A DNA stretch of 64,000 nt from a bacterium (GTDB lineage: Bacteria; UBA8248). The stretch spans positions 480,001 through 544,000 of the forward strand of contig CBDCRP010000002.1 of the NCBI GenBank assembly GCA_965221165.1, given 5' to 3'. A program made the translations under genes and the position numbers. The notes beneath the pieces are model-generated. The model was not told the DNA's origin, searched no databases, and saw only the letters and a program-made list of their open reading frames with translations. Positions 20,424 through 30,324 of the stretch are shown here, one piece after another. Position 1 is the first letter of the stretch, and the number at the start of each line of letters is the position of its first letter.

Positions 20424-20648
20424 TTACTTCGATGTTCCTTTGTTCCACCGCGAATTTGCGGCTTTTTGTGCAATCTCTTTTCGTCTTTCAGGTGATAGCT
20501 TTTCTGCGCGGGCACGTCCGCCCGATCTGCCAAGTATCTGCCCAGCGGTCTGAGTCTCCACAACTTCACCCACCGCAATCTTGGCTACATTGACTGCGCA
20601 CCCTACCACATCACCGGGTCTTTTCTGTCCTTGTGGGCCAGTAGCCAT
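20424..20648 (-). CDS. Small basic protein typical of IS1-like cargo elements
   Basis: GQKRPGDV…GGRARAEKLSPERRKEIAQKAANSRW motif; next to the right IR. Confidence 0.75.
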   Translation of the reverse strand: MATGPQGQKRPGDVVGCAVNVAKIAVGEVVETQTAGQILGRSGGRARAEKLSPERRKEIAQKAANSRWNKGTSK

Positions 20649-20775
20649 GTCGAAAATTCCTTTTATGCAATGACGACTATTATCGTCACACGACGATTAT
20701 TGTTGCAACCCCTTTCGAAGTCAAGGGAAAATGGAGGGCGATAAATTTCAAAGTGAGACACTACCCCTTTTTCAC

Positions 20776-20804
20776 TTGACACCCGATGCTCCTTCACCTA
20801 CCTT
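20776..20804 (+). promoter_or_regulatory. Promoter of tRNA-Ala
   Basis: TTGACA-17bp-TACCTT upstream of the tRNA. Confidence 0.6.
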
Positions 20805-20818
20805 CAAGTTCCTTTTGT

Positions 20819-20894
20819 GGGGGTGTAGCTCAGATGGGAGAGCGCGTGGATCGCACCCACGAGGTCAGGGGTTCGAATCCCCTCACCTCCACCA
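20819..20894 (+). tRNA. tRNA-Ala(CGC)
   Basis: Canonical cloverleaf, G3:U70, anticodon loop AT-CGC-AC, TTCGAAT, ACCA end. Confidence 0.95.
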
Positions 20895-20944
20895 ATTCGA
20901 TTTCATGAACAGATTCCATTTTTCAGAAATTGCAACCTTTACGC

Positions 20945-21787
20945 CTAGAGCATGGCGATAGCCGCATCTCGCGTCCTCATGCCTTCTTGCACTCCGCGTT
21001 TTTCAGCCACTTCATTCATGCATGAAATGATGCCATCTTCCCAAGTGCTCATCACATCGCCAATGCGCGCGCTCATGGCACCAACCGCAGCCACCGCGAT
21101 ACCCTCTCGCGCCAGATAAGAAAAAGCAGCGATACCAGAGTCATCTTTCCCCCGACCCGCATCATTCGCAATGACACCCTTGAGATTGAGCTTGATGACA
21201 TGCGGAACGAGAGTGAGTCCGCAATGCGAGGCTTGGATAAAAATATCATCGGGCCTTGGCTCTTTTATAGAACGCAGGACGGGAATTCCCCATGAGGCAC
21301 GTATATTGCCATCAGGAAAATGCTCTAATTCATAAATTCTATCATCAAGACTCTCTTCAATAATCACTTTTCGGCCCACTTCCCCATTGAGCAAACAATT
21401 CGAGGCCTCAGCTATTGACTGACCGATTTCAACACCTAGGTCTTGAGCTGCTTGATTCGCATGGCCAACTTTACCTTCATACACAGATTCGCCCACTGCG
21501 AGCCTCGCTGACATGGTCTCGCACGCTAAGGCCGGCACATTATATTCCTGAGCCAAGCAGAGGCCACTGATACCAGCATCATCCTTGCCAACTCCCGCCG
21601 CATGTGCGACCACTGCTCTCGCACCCAAGCGCATTGCCCAGGCAATTGTCATGCGTGCAGCATAAGAACCCCCAATGAGAACATCCCTTTCACCAACCCT
21701 GTGATCAAAATATGTCATCGAGTCCGCTGAGAGAACGCGGCCACGCATGTCTTCATGATGAATAATTTGCTCATCTGTCGCCATCAT
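20945..21787 (-). CDS. Conserved hypothetical protein with internally duplicated domain
   Basis: Repeated halves: AGVGKDDAGISGL…MSARL and AGRGKDDSGIAAF…MSARIGD; AAGGA RBS. Confidence 0.7.
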   Translation of the reverse strand: MMATDEQIIHHEDMRGRVLSADSMTYFDHRVGERDVLIGGSYAARMTIAWAMRLGARAVVAHAAGVGKDDAGISGLCLAQEYNVPALACETMSARLAVGESVYEGKVGHANQAAQDLGVEIGQSIAEASNCLLNGEVGRKVIIEESLDDRIYELEHFPDGNIRASWGIPVLRSIKEPRPDDIFIQASHCGLTLVPHVIKLNLKGVIANDAGRGKDDSGIAAFSYLAREGIAVAAVGAMSARIGDVMSTWEDGIISCMNEVAEKRGVQEGMRTRDAAIAML

Positions 21788-21842
21788 GTTTCCTTTTTCA
21801 TAAGTCATGAAGCAGCATCTGTATTCTGCCGTCATTTCAGAG

Positions 21843-21878
21843 CAAAAGAAACGCCCGGTCGATATCACAACCGGGCGT
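21843..21878 (-). terminator. Intrinsic terminator
   Basis: ACGCCCGGT/ACCGGGCGT stem followed by TTCTTTT on - strand. Confidence 0.6.
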
Positions 21879-21902
21879 CCAATGATTTTCCACTACGGGG
21901 CA

Positions 21903-22070
21903 CTAATATACGGCAGGAGCATTCCCCCCTTCGCCGTCACTTAAGATGCAGAAATTTTCACTTACATTTTTATCAGGTACATCATATTCCACATCCGTCG
22001 GCAATACGTCTCCAGACTCTGCAAAAAACTCATGGTCCAGAACAACAACATTATCTGTCAATTGAATCAT
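21903..22070 (-). CDS. Small acidic protein (55 aa), hypothetical
   Basis: GAGGA RBS before ATG and its own downstream terminator. Confidence 0.4.
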   Translation of the reverse strand: MIQLTDNVVVLDHEFFAESGDVLPTDVEYDVPDKNVSENFCILSDGEGGNAPAVY

Positions 22071-22438
22071 TTCATCCTCATTCTGTGGGCGGCTCGAAAT
22101 CACTTTGCTCCAGCTTTTTTCGAACATCGCAAAGTCAGGAAATATACTCAAAAACTATCGAAAAAAGCAATACTTTTTTATCCATAACCCCTTATTTTTC
22201 AACTGAAAAATATGTTGATCCAAGCGATACTGCTATATTTTCGGGTGCTATCCGAGAATTGAAAAATCTTGAACAACGAAAAATGAAAAATATAGGAGGT
22301 GTGCAGTTCAGACGACTTTATCTTGTTCAGCACATAGTATGACTTTCATGGACGCGCGCACGACTAAACGGCTATCCACAAAATTGAGGGTTTGCGCGAT
22401 ATATTTTCTTGATGAAATGCCGGATTCGGCCGAACTAT

Positions 22439-23104
22439 TTACTCCATATCCTTCTCTTGAAATTCGATGCGCCCTCCCGGAGGTTCCACCACCAAGTGAA
22501 GCGCCTCAGCCAGCCTTCCTGAAAGGTGCCACATACCACAAATAAAAGTGAGTTCCACAATCTGACGAGCGGAGAAATATTTTTTCATTTCACCGAATGC
22601 GAAGTCGTTATTCTTTGCCGTAAGCTTCGACACCTCATCCGCCCACCGGATAACGGCTTTTTCCTTATCATCGAATAAATCGCTGTCTTTCCAATAATCG
22701 CCTTCAAGCAGATTTATCTGCTCCTGAGTAAGACCCAGAACTCGACCGAGCTCCACATTGTGCCCAATTCAGTTGTTGCATTCGGTCAATATCGCCGTTT
22801 TGACGATGACAAGCTCCATGAGGCGAATATAATCGGATTCCGTCTTTAATCGATTCGTGCGGAGCTTTTGGTCGAGGAACATCCACGCTTCCATGGTGGG
22901 AGGAGCATTCCCCAGTAGCTGCAAAAAACGCGGGACGGTGCCCCACATCCGAGTTGACCACTCATAGAGCGGAGTCAGTTCATCTTTGAGTTCAGCGGGA
23001 ATGTTATCAGGATCAACGAAAGGCAACCTCGGTAACGGACAAGCCATCATCTCGTCGGTCACGCCCAGACTATCCGGCAAGCTTGTTGCTTCGTCCATAG
23101 GCAT
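22439..23104 (-). CDS. AhpD/carboxymuconolactone-decarboxylase-family protein with in-frame UGA (probable selenocysteine, CxxU)
   Basis: Two ORFs in the same frame joined by TGA 22769-22771: …TEC-N-N-U-IGHNVE…; SECIS-like hairpin downstream. Confidence 0.8.
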
Positions 23105-23136
23105 TGGATTCTCCTTAAAAAAGTATTGGGTGTGAT

Positions 23137-25392
23137 TTACGCGCTATTCGTCGCCAGAGCCTCACTAATATGATGCGGGCCAACGGGCAATGAAAAAACT
23201 GGTATTCCGACAGCATCCTGTATGGCGTTCACTATAGCAGCTGCAGTCGCCACTATGGGCGGTTCACCCACCCCCCGCATTCCATAGGGTGTGCCCTCGG
23301 CCGGATTGTCATACAAAACGGCATTCAATTCGGGCATATCCATGCTGGTTGGTATCAGATATTCATGGAAGGTATCGCCGTGCAAATTCCCATCCGGGTT
23401 TCTTGGTTGCTCTTCCATCAAAGCCAAACCAAGCCCCTGTATCATGGCGCCCTCAATCTGTCCGACCACAGACAATGGATTTATCGCAAATCCCACATCC
23501 TGCACACATGTAAGGCGCAAAACCCTGATTTCGCCAAGTTCCGGATTCACGGCCACATCCGCTGTCTGTCCGGTATGTATGGGACACGGAGGTGGCTTCG
23601 CGCTTTCGCCTTGTCCAATTAAAAATCCCTGAATTTCAGGGGCGGCCTTAGCCACCTGTGCAAGCGTAAGGGCTCGCTCGGGTGCCGAAGCTACCTTGAC
23701 CTGGCCATCTTCCAAAACCAGATCGTCCGCAGCGGCTTCTAGTTTTATGCTCGCCACATTCAAAATTTTATCTCGCAAATCGCGCGCGGCACTCAAGGTG
23801 GCCATTCCCACCGCGCGCGTCGCCTTGCTACCCGATGCCGCAGATGATTCGGGCACCGAATCCGTATCGCCGTTCGTATAGCGCACCTCATCCAAACCGA
23901 CGCCTAACTCCTCCGCGGCCAACTGGCATATGGAAGTACTCATGCCCGTGAGGTTCACCGTTCCAGCTATCACTTGTACGGTGCCGTCTTGATTCAAGCG
24001 AACCGTGCAACTAGACGCCTCTCCCGGCCCTGGCCAATATCCACAAGCAATCCCGCGGCCTAACTTCCAACCCTCTCCTTCAAGCTCTCCGTTTACTTCA
24101 ATCTGCTGCCCCCACTGTCCCTCTATGGCTGTTGAATCGAGGACGCTACGCATGGATGAGTTCTGCTCCTTGCCAGCCAGCGTTTCATCCCCGGGCCGAA
24201 GAGAATTGATTCGCCTTATTTCAAGCGGGTCGATCCCCATCTCGCGTGCGATGATGTCCATTTGCACTTCGGTGGCAAAGTGATACTGGGGACCGCTAGG
24301 AGCACGCACAGGACCACAAACGGGTCCATTGGTATACACCGTACATGCGCGAATTCTAACGTTGAGAATGCGATACGAACTTGATCCCATAAGCATCTTG
24401 CTACTGCATTGGAATGGCGCGCCCCGTCCATACGCCCCATGATCCATCGTGACATCAAGTTCCCGGGCGACAAAGGTACCGTCATTTTTCACAGCTGTAC
24501 GTATGGTGATGAAATGAGGGTGCCTTGGATTCACACTGATATGATCTTCTTCGCGGGTCATCTCCATGCGCACGGCTTGGTCCGTTTTCAAAGCCAATAG
24601 CGCAGCTATGTGCTCATACGTGCTCTTCAATTTTGCGCCAAAGCCACCACCAATTTCGGTAGGGATGACGCGAACCTGCGTTGCAGGAAGCCCTAGAGCC
24701 TCAGCCACGTCCGCCCGAATGGCCCACGCATCCTGCGTGGTTGTCCAGACCGTGACTTTCCCGTCCGTACCAGCTTCGGCAGTACACGCATGGGGCTCGA
24801 TGTAGCCGGCATGTACAAATGGCGTGGAAAATGTGTGCTCAAAAATACGATCCGCCTCTTTATAACCGGCGTCAACATCACCGATTTCTTTTTCAAACCG
24901 GGCGATGATGTTCTTGTCCGCATTGGGGCCAAGTCCTAATTCTTGCCAATCTTCATGTACGGCAAGACCCTTACCTGCACGGCTATCCAAGCCGTTTACC
25001 ACCGGTTCTAAAACTTCATATTCCACGCGGATCAACTCGATGGCTGCTTGGGCGGCATCCATATCCTCCGCAGCCACAGCGGCCACTGGCTCTCCGCCAT
25101 ACCGAACAAATCCATCTTGCGCAAACCAACTCTGATCTTTGATGTTGGCGCCGAATCGAATACGAGGAGCCTCATCTCGCGTCACTACAGCGCGGACGCC
25201 AGGGATATTGCGCGCCTCGGTCGCATCCACGTTTTTCACTTTTGCGTATGGATACGGGCTGCCCAACACAAGGCCTATTAGTGAACGGCTCGATGGGACG
25301 TCAGCCGCATATTTCGCACTTCCAGATACTTTGTCCGGAGCATCAATTCTGGTGAGGCCCAAGCCCGCCACTTTGTAGTCTGTCATTTCCAC
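23137..25392 (-). CDS. Xanthine dehydrogenase/CoxL-family molybdopterin-binding large subunit
   Basis: KVSGSAKYAAD, IGGGFGAK, GQIEGAMIQG, GVGEPP. Confidence 0.92.
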   Translation of the reverse strand: MEMTDYKVAGLGLTRIDAPDKVSGSAKYAADVPSSRSLIGLVLGSPYPYAKVKNVDATEARNIPGVRAVVTRDEAPRIRFGANIKDQSWFAQDGFVRYGGEPVAAVAAEDMDAAQAAIELIRVEYEVLEPVVNGLDSRAGKGLAVHEDWQELGLGPNADKNIIARFEKEIGDVDAGYKEADRIFEHTFSTPFVHAGYIEPHACTAEAGTDGKVTVWTTTQDAWAIRADVAEALGLPATQVRVIPTEIGGGFGAKLKSTYEHIAALLALKTDQAVRMEMTREEDHISVNPRHPHFITIRTAVKNDGTFVARELDVTMDHGAYGRGAPFQCSSKMLMGSSSYRILNVRIRACTVYTNGPVCGPVRAPSGPQYHFATEVQMDIIAREMGIDPLEIRRINSLRPGDETLAGKEQNSSMRSVLDSTAIEGQWGQQIEVNGELEGEGWKLGRGIACGYWPGPGEASSCTVRLNQDGTVQVIAGTVNLTGMSTSICQLAAEELGVGLDEVRYTNGDTDSVPESSAASGSKATRAVGMATLSAARDLRDKILNVASIKLEAAADDLVLEDGQVKVASAPERALTLAQVAKAAPEIQGFLIGQGESAKPPPCPIHTGQTADVAVNPELGEIRVLRLTCVQDVGFAINPLSVVGQIEGAMIQGLGLALMEEQPRNPDGNLHGDTFHEYLIPTSMDMPELNAVLYDNPAEGTPYGMRGVGEPPIVATAAAIVNAIQDAVGIPVFSLPVGPHHISEALATNSA

Positions 25393-25490
25393 CTCATAGA
25401 GAAATATGGCTTAAACCGTTAGAAGTTATGGTACTCGATAATCAATTAATGCTTTTACCACGCAACTCATAAAATTCATCTCCCATCCAC

Positions 25491-25892
25491 CTATTCAGGA
25501 ACATCCGGTGGCCTCATGCCATGCGTGGCACGAATTTTCGTTTTGATATTTCCTCTCACATTAAAATCACCTTCAATCCATATCCACTTCGGTTCACAAA
25601 CTTCAACCAAATCATCGAGTATTGTGCTGACCACTTGTTCATGAAAAATTTCTCGGTCCCTGTAATTATTGATGTAGAGTTTTAAGGACTTCAACTCGAC
25701 TATTTTATCTCCAGGAACATATTTAATGTGGATAGTGGCGAAGTCAGGAAAATTACTGATCGGGCAAAGACACGTAAATTCGGGAACAGTGAAATCGACA
25801 ACGTAATCTCTTTGCCTTGAGGGATTCGGAACAGCCGCCAGCTTCGTCTCGGCAATCATCTTCGCGCCATATTTCATCTCACCTTGAGACAT
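25491..25892 (-). CDS. queF: NADPH-dependent 7-cyano-7-deazaguanine (preQ0) reductase, type I
   Basis: PEFTCLCP…[12 protein letters not shown] QueF motif, FHE, VRGNI. Confidence 0.93.
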   Translation of the reverse strand: MSQGEMKYGAKMIAETKLAAVPNPSRQRDYVVDFTVPEFTCLCPISNFPDFATIHIKYVPGDKIVELKSLKLYINNYRDREIFHEQVVSTILDDLVEVCEPKWIWIEGDFNVRGNIKTKIRATHGMRPPDVPE

Positions 25893-25897
25893 TTTCG

Positions 25898-27006
25898 TTA
25901 TGCACCAGGGGTCAGATTCACTAACAAAGCACCGTCTTTTCGAGCCACAAACGTATCGTGCGCCTCTTGATATTCCTTGAGGGGGAAACGATGGGTGATG
26001 TATGGATCCACTTCCATTCTCCCGGCATGAATGAGCGATAAAACCTCATCTCCACAATTAGGATTCGCTCGAACACCAAAAATATCCATTTCCTCAAGCA
26101 CAACGCGTTTCCATGCCAAATCATGGATGTTGTCCGGTATGCCGGTAATGGCGACACGCGCGCCTTTTCCGCCACAATCCACACTCCACTTGAAACTATC
26201 CGTGGTTCCCGCCGTCTCCAGCACCACGTTGGCTTTCCTTCCGCCAGTCATCTCATTAATCCGTTCTGGCACACCCCCGTCTCGGTAACTGACGACTTCA
26301 GCACCTTGTTCCTCCAAAATTTCGAGTCTCTTGCCGCCTCCCACAACAATAATGCGGCCTGCGCCCATCGCCTTGGCTGATTCATAGGCGAAAACACCTA
26401 TGGGACCCGAACCCAATATCACGACCGTATCGCCGGGGTTGATGCCTGGGCGCTTCGCTGTCCAGAGACCACAAACAGCCGGGTCCACGGCTGAACCATA
26501 CTCGAAAGACATGCCTTCCGGCATCTTGTGCAGCGCACGTATATTGTTGGTCACATACTCCGCATATGAACATATGAACCTTGCGTGATATGCCCATATT
26601 GCCTGTGGCCAGTGACTGTATTTCCATAATTATAGCAGAGGTTATAGCGGCCGATGAAGCACATGCGGCAAGCGCCGCACCCTGCGTGGCTCGTACCCGC
26701 CACGGAATCACCCATCTCCAGACCGAACCCCTCGGTCATCGGACCCATTGCGACGATTCTGCCAGACCACTCATGCCCTAAAATGGACGGAAGTTTAGGC
26801 GGCCAGCGGGGAAGATGGCCCCCTTTGATGATTTCAATGTCCGTACCACAAATCGTGGTACACTCTACTTTGACAAGCACTTCTCCAATATCCGGCTCAG
26901 GAACAGGAACAGACTGAATTTCTAGCTCTTCGGGCGCGGTCATTACAACCGCTTCCATGTTATCCCCTATCTCTTCGCCATAACGCACTTCGAATTGTGA
27001 GGACAT
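25898..27006 (-). pseudogene. Zn-dependent MDR alcohol dehydrogenase, frameshifted
   Basis: ICGTD, GHEWSG, CGACRMC in the 5' part; GSGPIG Rossmann motif in the 3' part; 8-bp duplication CATATGAA at 26563-26578 shifts the frame. Confidence 0.88.
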
Positions 27007-27132
27007 AAAACTTACACTCTCCTTCAATTTGCTGCTGCTTGACGATCAGTTTTGGAATGAATGCCAGGTTCTCGCAAATCCATTACAACACCTTCCCACA
27101 AGCTGGGCAGTGATGAACGATAGTTTATCGCA

Positions 27133-30100
27133 CTAGATACCTATTTGTCCCTTCTGTGGTGAATGCACATCTACTTCTTCTCTCGTTAGCCATCTGCCCG
27201 TCCATAGGCGCCACCAAAACCGCCCGACGTCGTTTCCGATTAAAGAAATTACAGGAACCAGAACAAGCGTTATCACCGTGGCGAAAAGTAGCCCAAAACA
27301 CAAACTAATCGCCATGGGGATCAAAAATTGCGCTTGAAAACTTTTCTCGAACAATATTGGCCCCAGTCCTGCGGCTGTTGTTAATGTGGTCAGAATAATG
27401 GCTCGCCACCTGGCGACACCGGCCAAATGAAGCGCATCTTCAATCGACATCCCCTCCTTGATGCTTCGATTTGCGAAATCCAAAAGCACCAAAGAGTCGT
27501 TCACCACCACGCCGGAAAGCGCCAAGATCCCCATCATACTCAATATGGAGATATCGAACCCCATGACAACGTGTCCCCAAAAGGCGCCTACTATCCCAAA
27601 CGGAATAGCACTCATGACAATGAAGGGTTGAAAATAGCTCCTGAACAATGTGGCCAAAATCGTAAAAATAACGGCTATCGCAATTGCGAAGGCGCGGAAC
27701 AGACTGGCAAATGATTCTCTTGTTTCTTTTGCCTGACCCTCGAATCTAAATCCTATCCCCTTATAACGGTTGAAGAGTTTTGGAAAAAAGTTGGCTCTCA
27801 GGTCACTTAGGACTTCAGTGGGATTGGCGCGTTCCGAGTCAATATCGGCCGTCACATTTACAACTCTTCTCCTGGCCGCGCGTTTGATTTCATCAAGGCC
27901 TTGAATCATCTTGACTTCCGCCACTTCATAGAAAGGTATTTCCGCCCCCGAAGATGTTCTAACCCTCATATTCTTGATATCTTCGAGAGAACGCCTTTCC
28001 TCTGGCGGGTAACGCAGTTTCACCTTCACGTCCTCACGTCCACGTTGCAGACGCAGGACTTGCAGCCCGAAAAAGCTTGCGCGCAATTGACGCGCCAAGT
28101 CATCCAGGCTCACTCCCAGCACTCGAGCCTGTGATTTCAATGAAGTTTGAAACTCGAGTTTTCCGGGTCTGAAATCATCCTGGATATCGTATAAGCCGGG
28201 ATATTTTCTCAACTCCAGCTTCAACTCCTGAGCTATTCTTTTCAAAGCCTCGATATCGTCACCATAAAACTGCACATCAATCGGCTTTCCACCGGGCGGC
28301 CTAGCTCCCCCGGCGCCAAAAGTCAGGCTTATTACGTCAGCGATTTCCCCTGTCTTCTCACGCCAGCGGTTGGTAATTTCCTTCGCGCTGATCCCCCTGG
28401 CTTCTGAGGGTAGCAACTCGACGATCAACTGAGCCATATGGCTTCCCCCCGCGACACGTCCACGACTTTGGCCTTGTTCGACTTGCTCGCCCAGCATGGT
28501 AAATACATGTTTGACGATAGGCTCTCCCGTTTTCGAGCGAAAATCCTCATCAAGAGACATGGCCGCCTGTTCGATCCTTTTTGTTGCGAGTCGTGTTTGC
28601 TGAATCGGGGTGCCCTGTGGAAACAGGAGCCTGGCTTCCACCCAGTCGGAATCGAGTTTTGGGAAAAACAAAAATCTCACGTGCCCGCTTACTGCCAAAC
28701 CTACCGTCACCATGAAAACCACTACAGCAACAGCGATGATCAGGTACCTGGCGCTGAGACAAAATCTCAGAATCGGCGCATAAAATCGGTGGATCAGCCA
28801 GTTCACGGCCCTTTCGATGGTATTCCTTACTCGCGATGAGATTCCGCCCCTCCTCGGTGGCCGCACCCAGTGTCCCAAATGAGCCGGCAGAATGAACAAC
28901 GACTCGATGAGAGAAGCAATTAGTGCGGCGATGATGGCCGCCGGGAACACCGCCATGAACTTCCCGACAGTTCCCTCCATCATCAGCAGAGGTATAAAAG
29001 CAACTATGGATGTCACTACAGTGGCAATAACGGGCAAGACTACTTCATAACAGCCATCAATAGCGGCCTGAACGCGGTTTTTCCCTCTTTCCATATGTGA
29101 ATAAATATTTTCAGCCACTACGATGGCGTCGTCCACCAGGATTCCCAAAACCATGATGAACGCGAACATGGTCAGCATGTTGAGCGTACCGCCGGAAAAA
29201 CTCAAGAAACCCAGCGATGTCAGCAGGGAAATAGGAATACCCAGCGCAACCCAAAAAGAAAGGCGGATGTTCAGAAACAACCACAGAGAAATGAAGACCA
29301 AAACGAGCCCCATCCGCCCGTTTCTCAAGAGAAGATCGAGTCGATCTCGTATCAACCGCGAGGTATCCGCCCAATCGGCCAAATGCAATCCTTCGGGTAA
29401 TTCCCGGCGCTTTTTCTTCACATATGCAGCTACTGCTTTTGAAATCGAAAGCGCATCTTCTTTCTCGGTCCGGTACACTGTGATGAGAGCAGCCGGTTTC
29501 CCATCGAATCGACCCGTTCTATCGCTGTCCTCAAAGGCATCGACCACACGAGCGATATCACCAAGTCTCAAAATGGTGCCGTCTTTCTGAGTGAGTATTT
29601 CAAGCCGCTCGAACTCGAGACCCGTATAACGCTTTCCCAATGTTCTGATCCTGATTCTCCGCTCCGAAGAACGGATATCACCACCTGAAAGCTCCAGCAC
29701 GTTTTTGCGAATGATATTCGCAAGCCGCTCAAACGTGAGGCCATGGCGGCGAAGCGTTTCCTCAGACATTTCGATTGAAATTTCCCAATCCTTCAACCCG
29801 GTCAGAACCACCTTGGAAATGTTGGACATATCCACCAAATCATCCTTGATTTCTGTGGCTTTGCGTTTGAGGATTTCTTCTGAAACGTTTCCGAATAAGG
29901 AAAGGTGAACCACCTGATTCGTCCGCTTTACTTCCGTAACGACGGGCCTTTCTATGTCCTCAGGCAATGTGTTGATACGGTCGATCTCACCTCTTATATC
30001 TTCCATCAACTCCCGGGAGTCTTTAATCCAAGAATGTAACTCCACCATCACATTGCAGCGCCCTTCATAGGCGACCGAATTTATTTTTTTTATCCCCTCC

Positions 30101-30324
30101 ACAGCCGTAAGACCCTCTTCGATCCTGATACAGACGCCCTCTTCCACCTCTTCAGGACTCGCGCCCTCCCACACTACGCTGACACGCACTCTATCGAGCG
30201 CAAACTGCGGGAGTAACTCGCTTCTAATCTGAAAACCGGCGACCACACCGATGATGAGCATTATCACCATTAGAAGGTTGGCGAAAACAGAATTGCGTGC
30301 AGCCCAATCGATAATTTGCTTCAT
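27133..30324 (-). CDS. RND efflux transporter permease (AcrB/AcrD/AcrF family)
   Basis: GILVDDAIVVAENI, GVVVNDSLVL, RAIILTTLTT; 1063 aa. Confidence 0.95.
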   Translation of the reverse strand: MKQIIDWAARNSVFANLLMVIMLIIGVVAGFQIRSELLPQFALDRVRVSVVWEGASPEEVEEGVCIRIEEGLTAVEGIKKINSVAYEGRCNVMVELHSWIKDSRELMEDIRGEIDRINTLPEDIERPVVTEVKRTNQVVHLSLFGNVSEEILKRKATEIKDDLVDMSNISKVVLTGLKDWEISIEMSEETLRRHGLTFERLANIIRKNVLELSGGDIRSSERRIRIRTLGKRYTGLEFERLEILTQKDGTILRLGDIARVVDAFEDSDRTGRFDGKPAALITVYRTEKEDALSISKAVAAYVKKKRRELPEGLHLADWADTSRLIRDRLDLLLRNGRMGLVLVFISLWLFLNIRLSFWVALGIPISLLTSLGFLSFSGGTLNMLTMFAFIMVLGILVDDAIVVAENIYSHMERGKNRVQAAIDGCYEVVLPVIATVVTSIVAFIPLLMMEGTVGKFMAVFPAAIIAALIASLIESLFILPAHLGHWVRPPRRGGISSRVRNTIERAVNWLIHRFYAPILRFCLSARYLIIAVAVVVFMVTVGLAVSGHVRFLFFPKLDSDWVEARLLFPQGTPIQQTRLATKRIEQAAMSLDEDFRSKTGEPIVKHVFTMLGEQVEQGQSRGRVAGGSHMAQLIVELLPSEARGISAKEITNRWREKTGEIADVISLTFGAGGARPPGGKPIDVQFYGDDIEALKRIAQELKLELRKYPGLYDIQDDFRPGKLEFQTSLKSQARVLGVSLDDLARQLRASFFGLQVLRLQRGREDVKVKLRYPPEERRSLEDIKNMRVRTSSGAEIPFYEVAEVKMIQGLDEIKRAARRRVVNVTADIDSERANPTEVLSDLRANFFPKLFNRYKGIGFRFEGQAKETRESFASLFRAFAIAIAVIFTILATLFRSYFQPFIVMSAIPFGIVGAFWGHVVMGFDISILSMMGILALSGVVVNDSLVLLDFANRSIKEGMSIEDALHLAGVARWRAIILTTLTTAAGLGPILFEKSFQAQFLIPMAISLCFGLLFATVITLVLVPVISLIGNDVGRFWWRLWTGRWLTREEVDVHSPQKGQIGI

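Larger units (their letters stand above)
18151..20765. mobile_element. IS1-family cargo-carrying insertion sequence, 2615 bp
   Basis: Perfect 21-bp terminal IRs GGTAGTGTCTCACTTTGAAAT (18151-18171 / 20745-20765); 8-bp TSD CCTTTTTC (18143-18150, 20766-20773); intact transposase. Confidence 0.92.

Noticed and set aside
20880-20894. attL/attR duplication of the tRNA-Ala 3' end
   Set aside because: No second exact copy noticed downstream by eye, including near the integrase remnant.
22439-23104. Two separate genes or a nonsense pseudogene
   Set aside because: The TGA is in frame exactly at the CxxC second-Cys position with a SECIS-like hairpin, so selenocysteine readthrough is the better explanation.
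25898-27027. Programmed frameshift or naturally split ADH
   Set aside because: No slippery heptamer; an exact 8-bp duplication fully explains the break.
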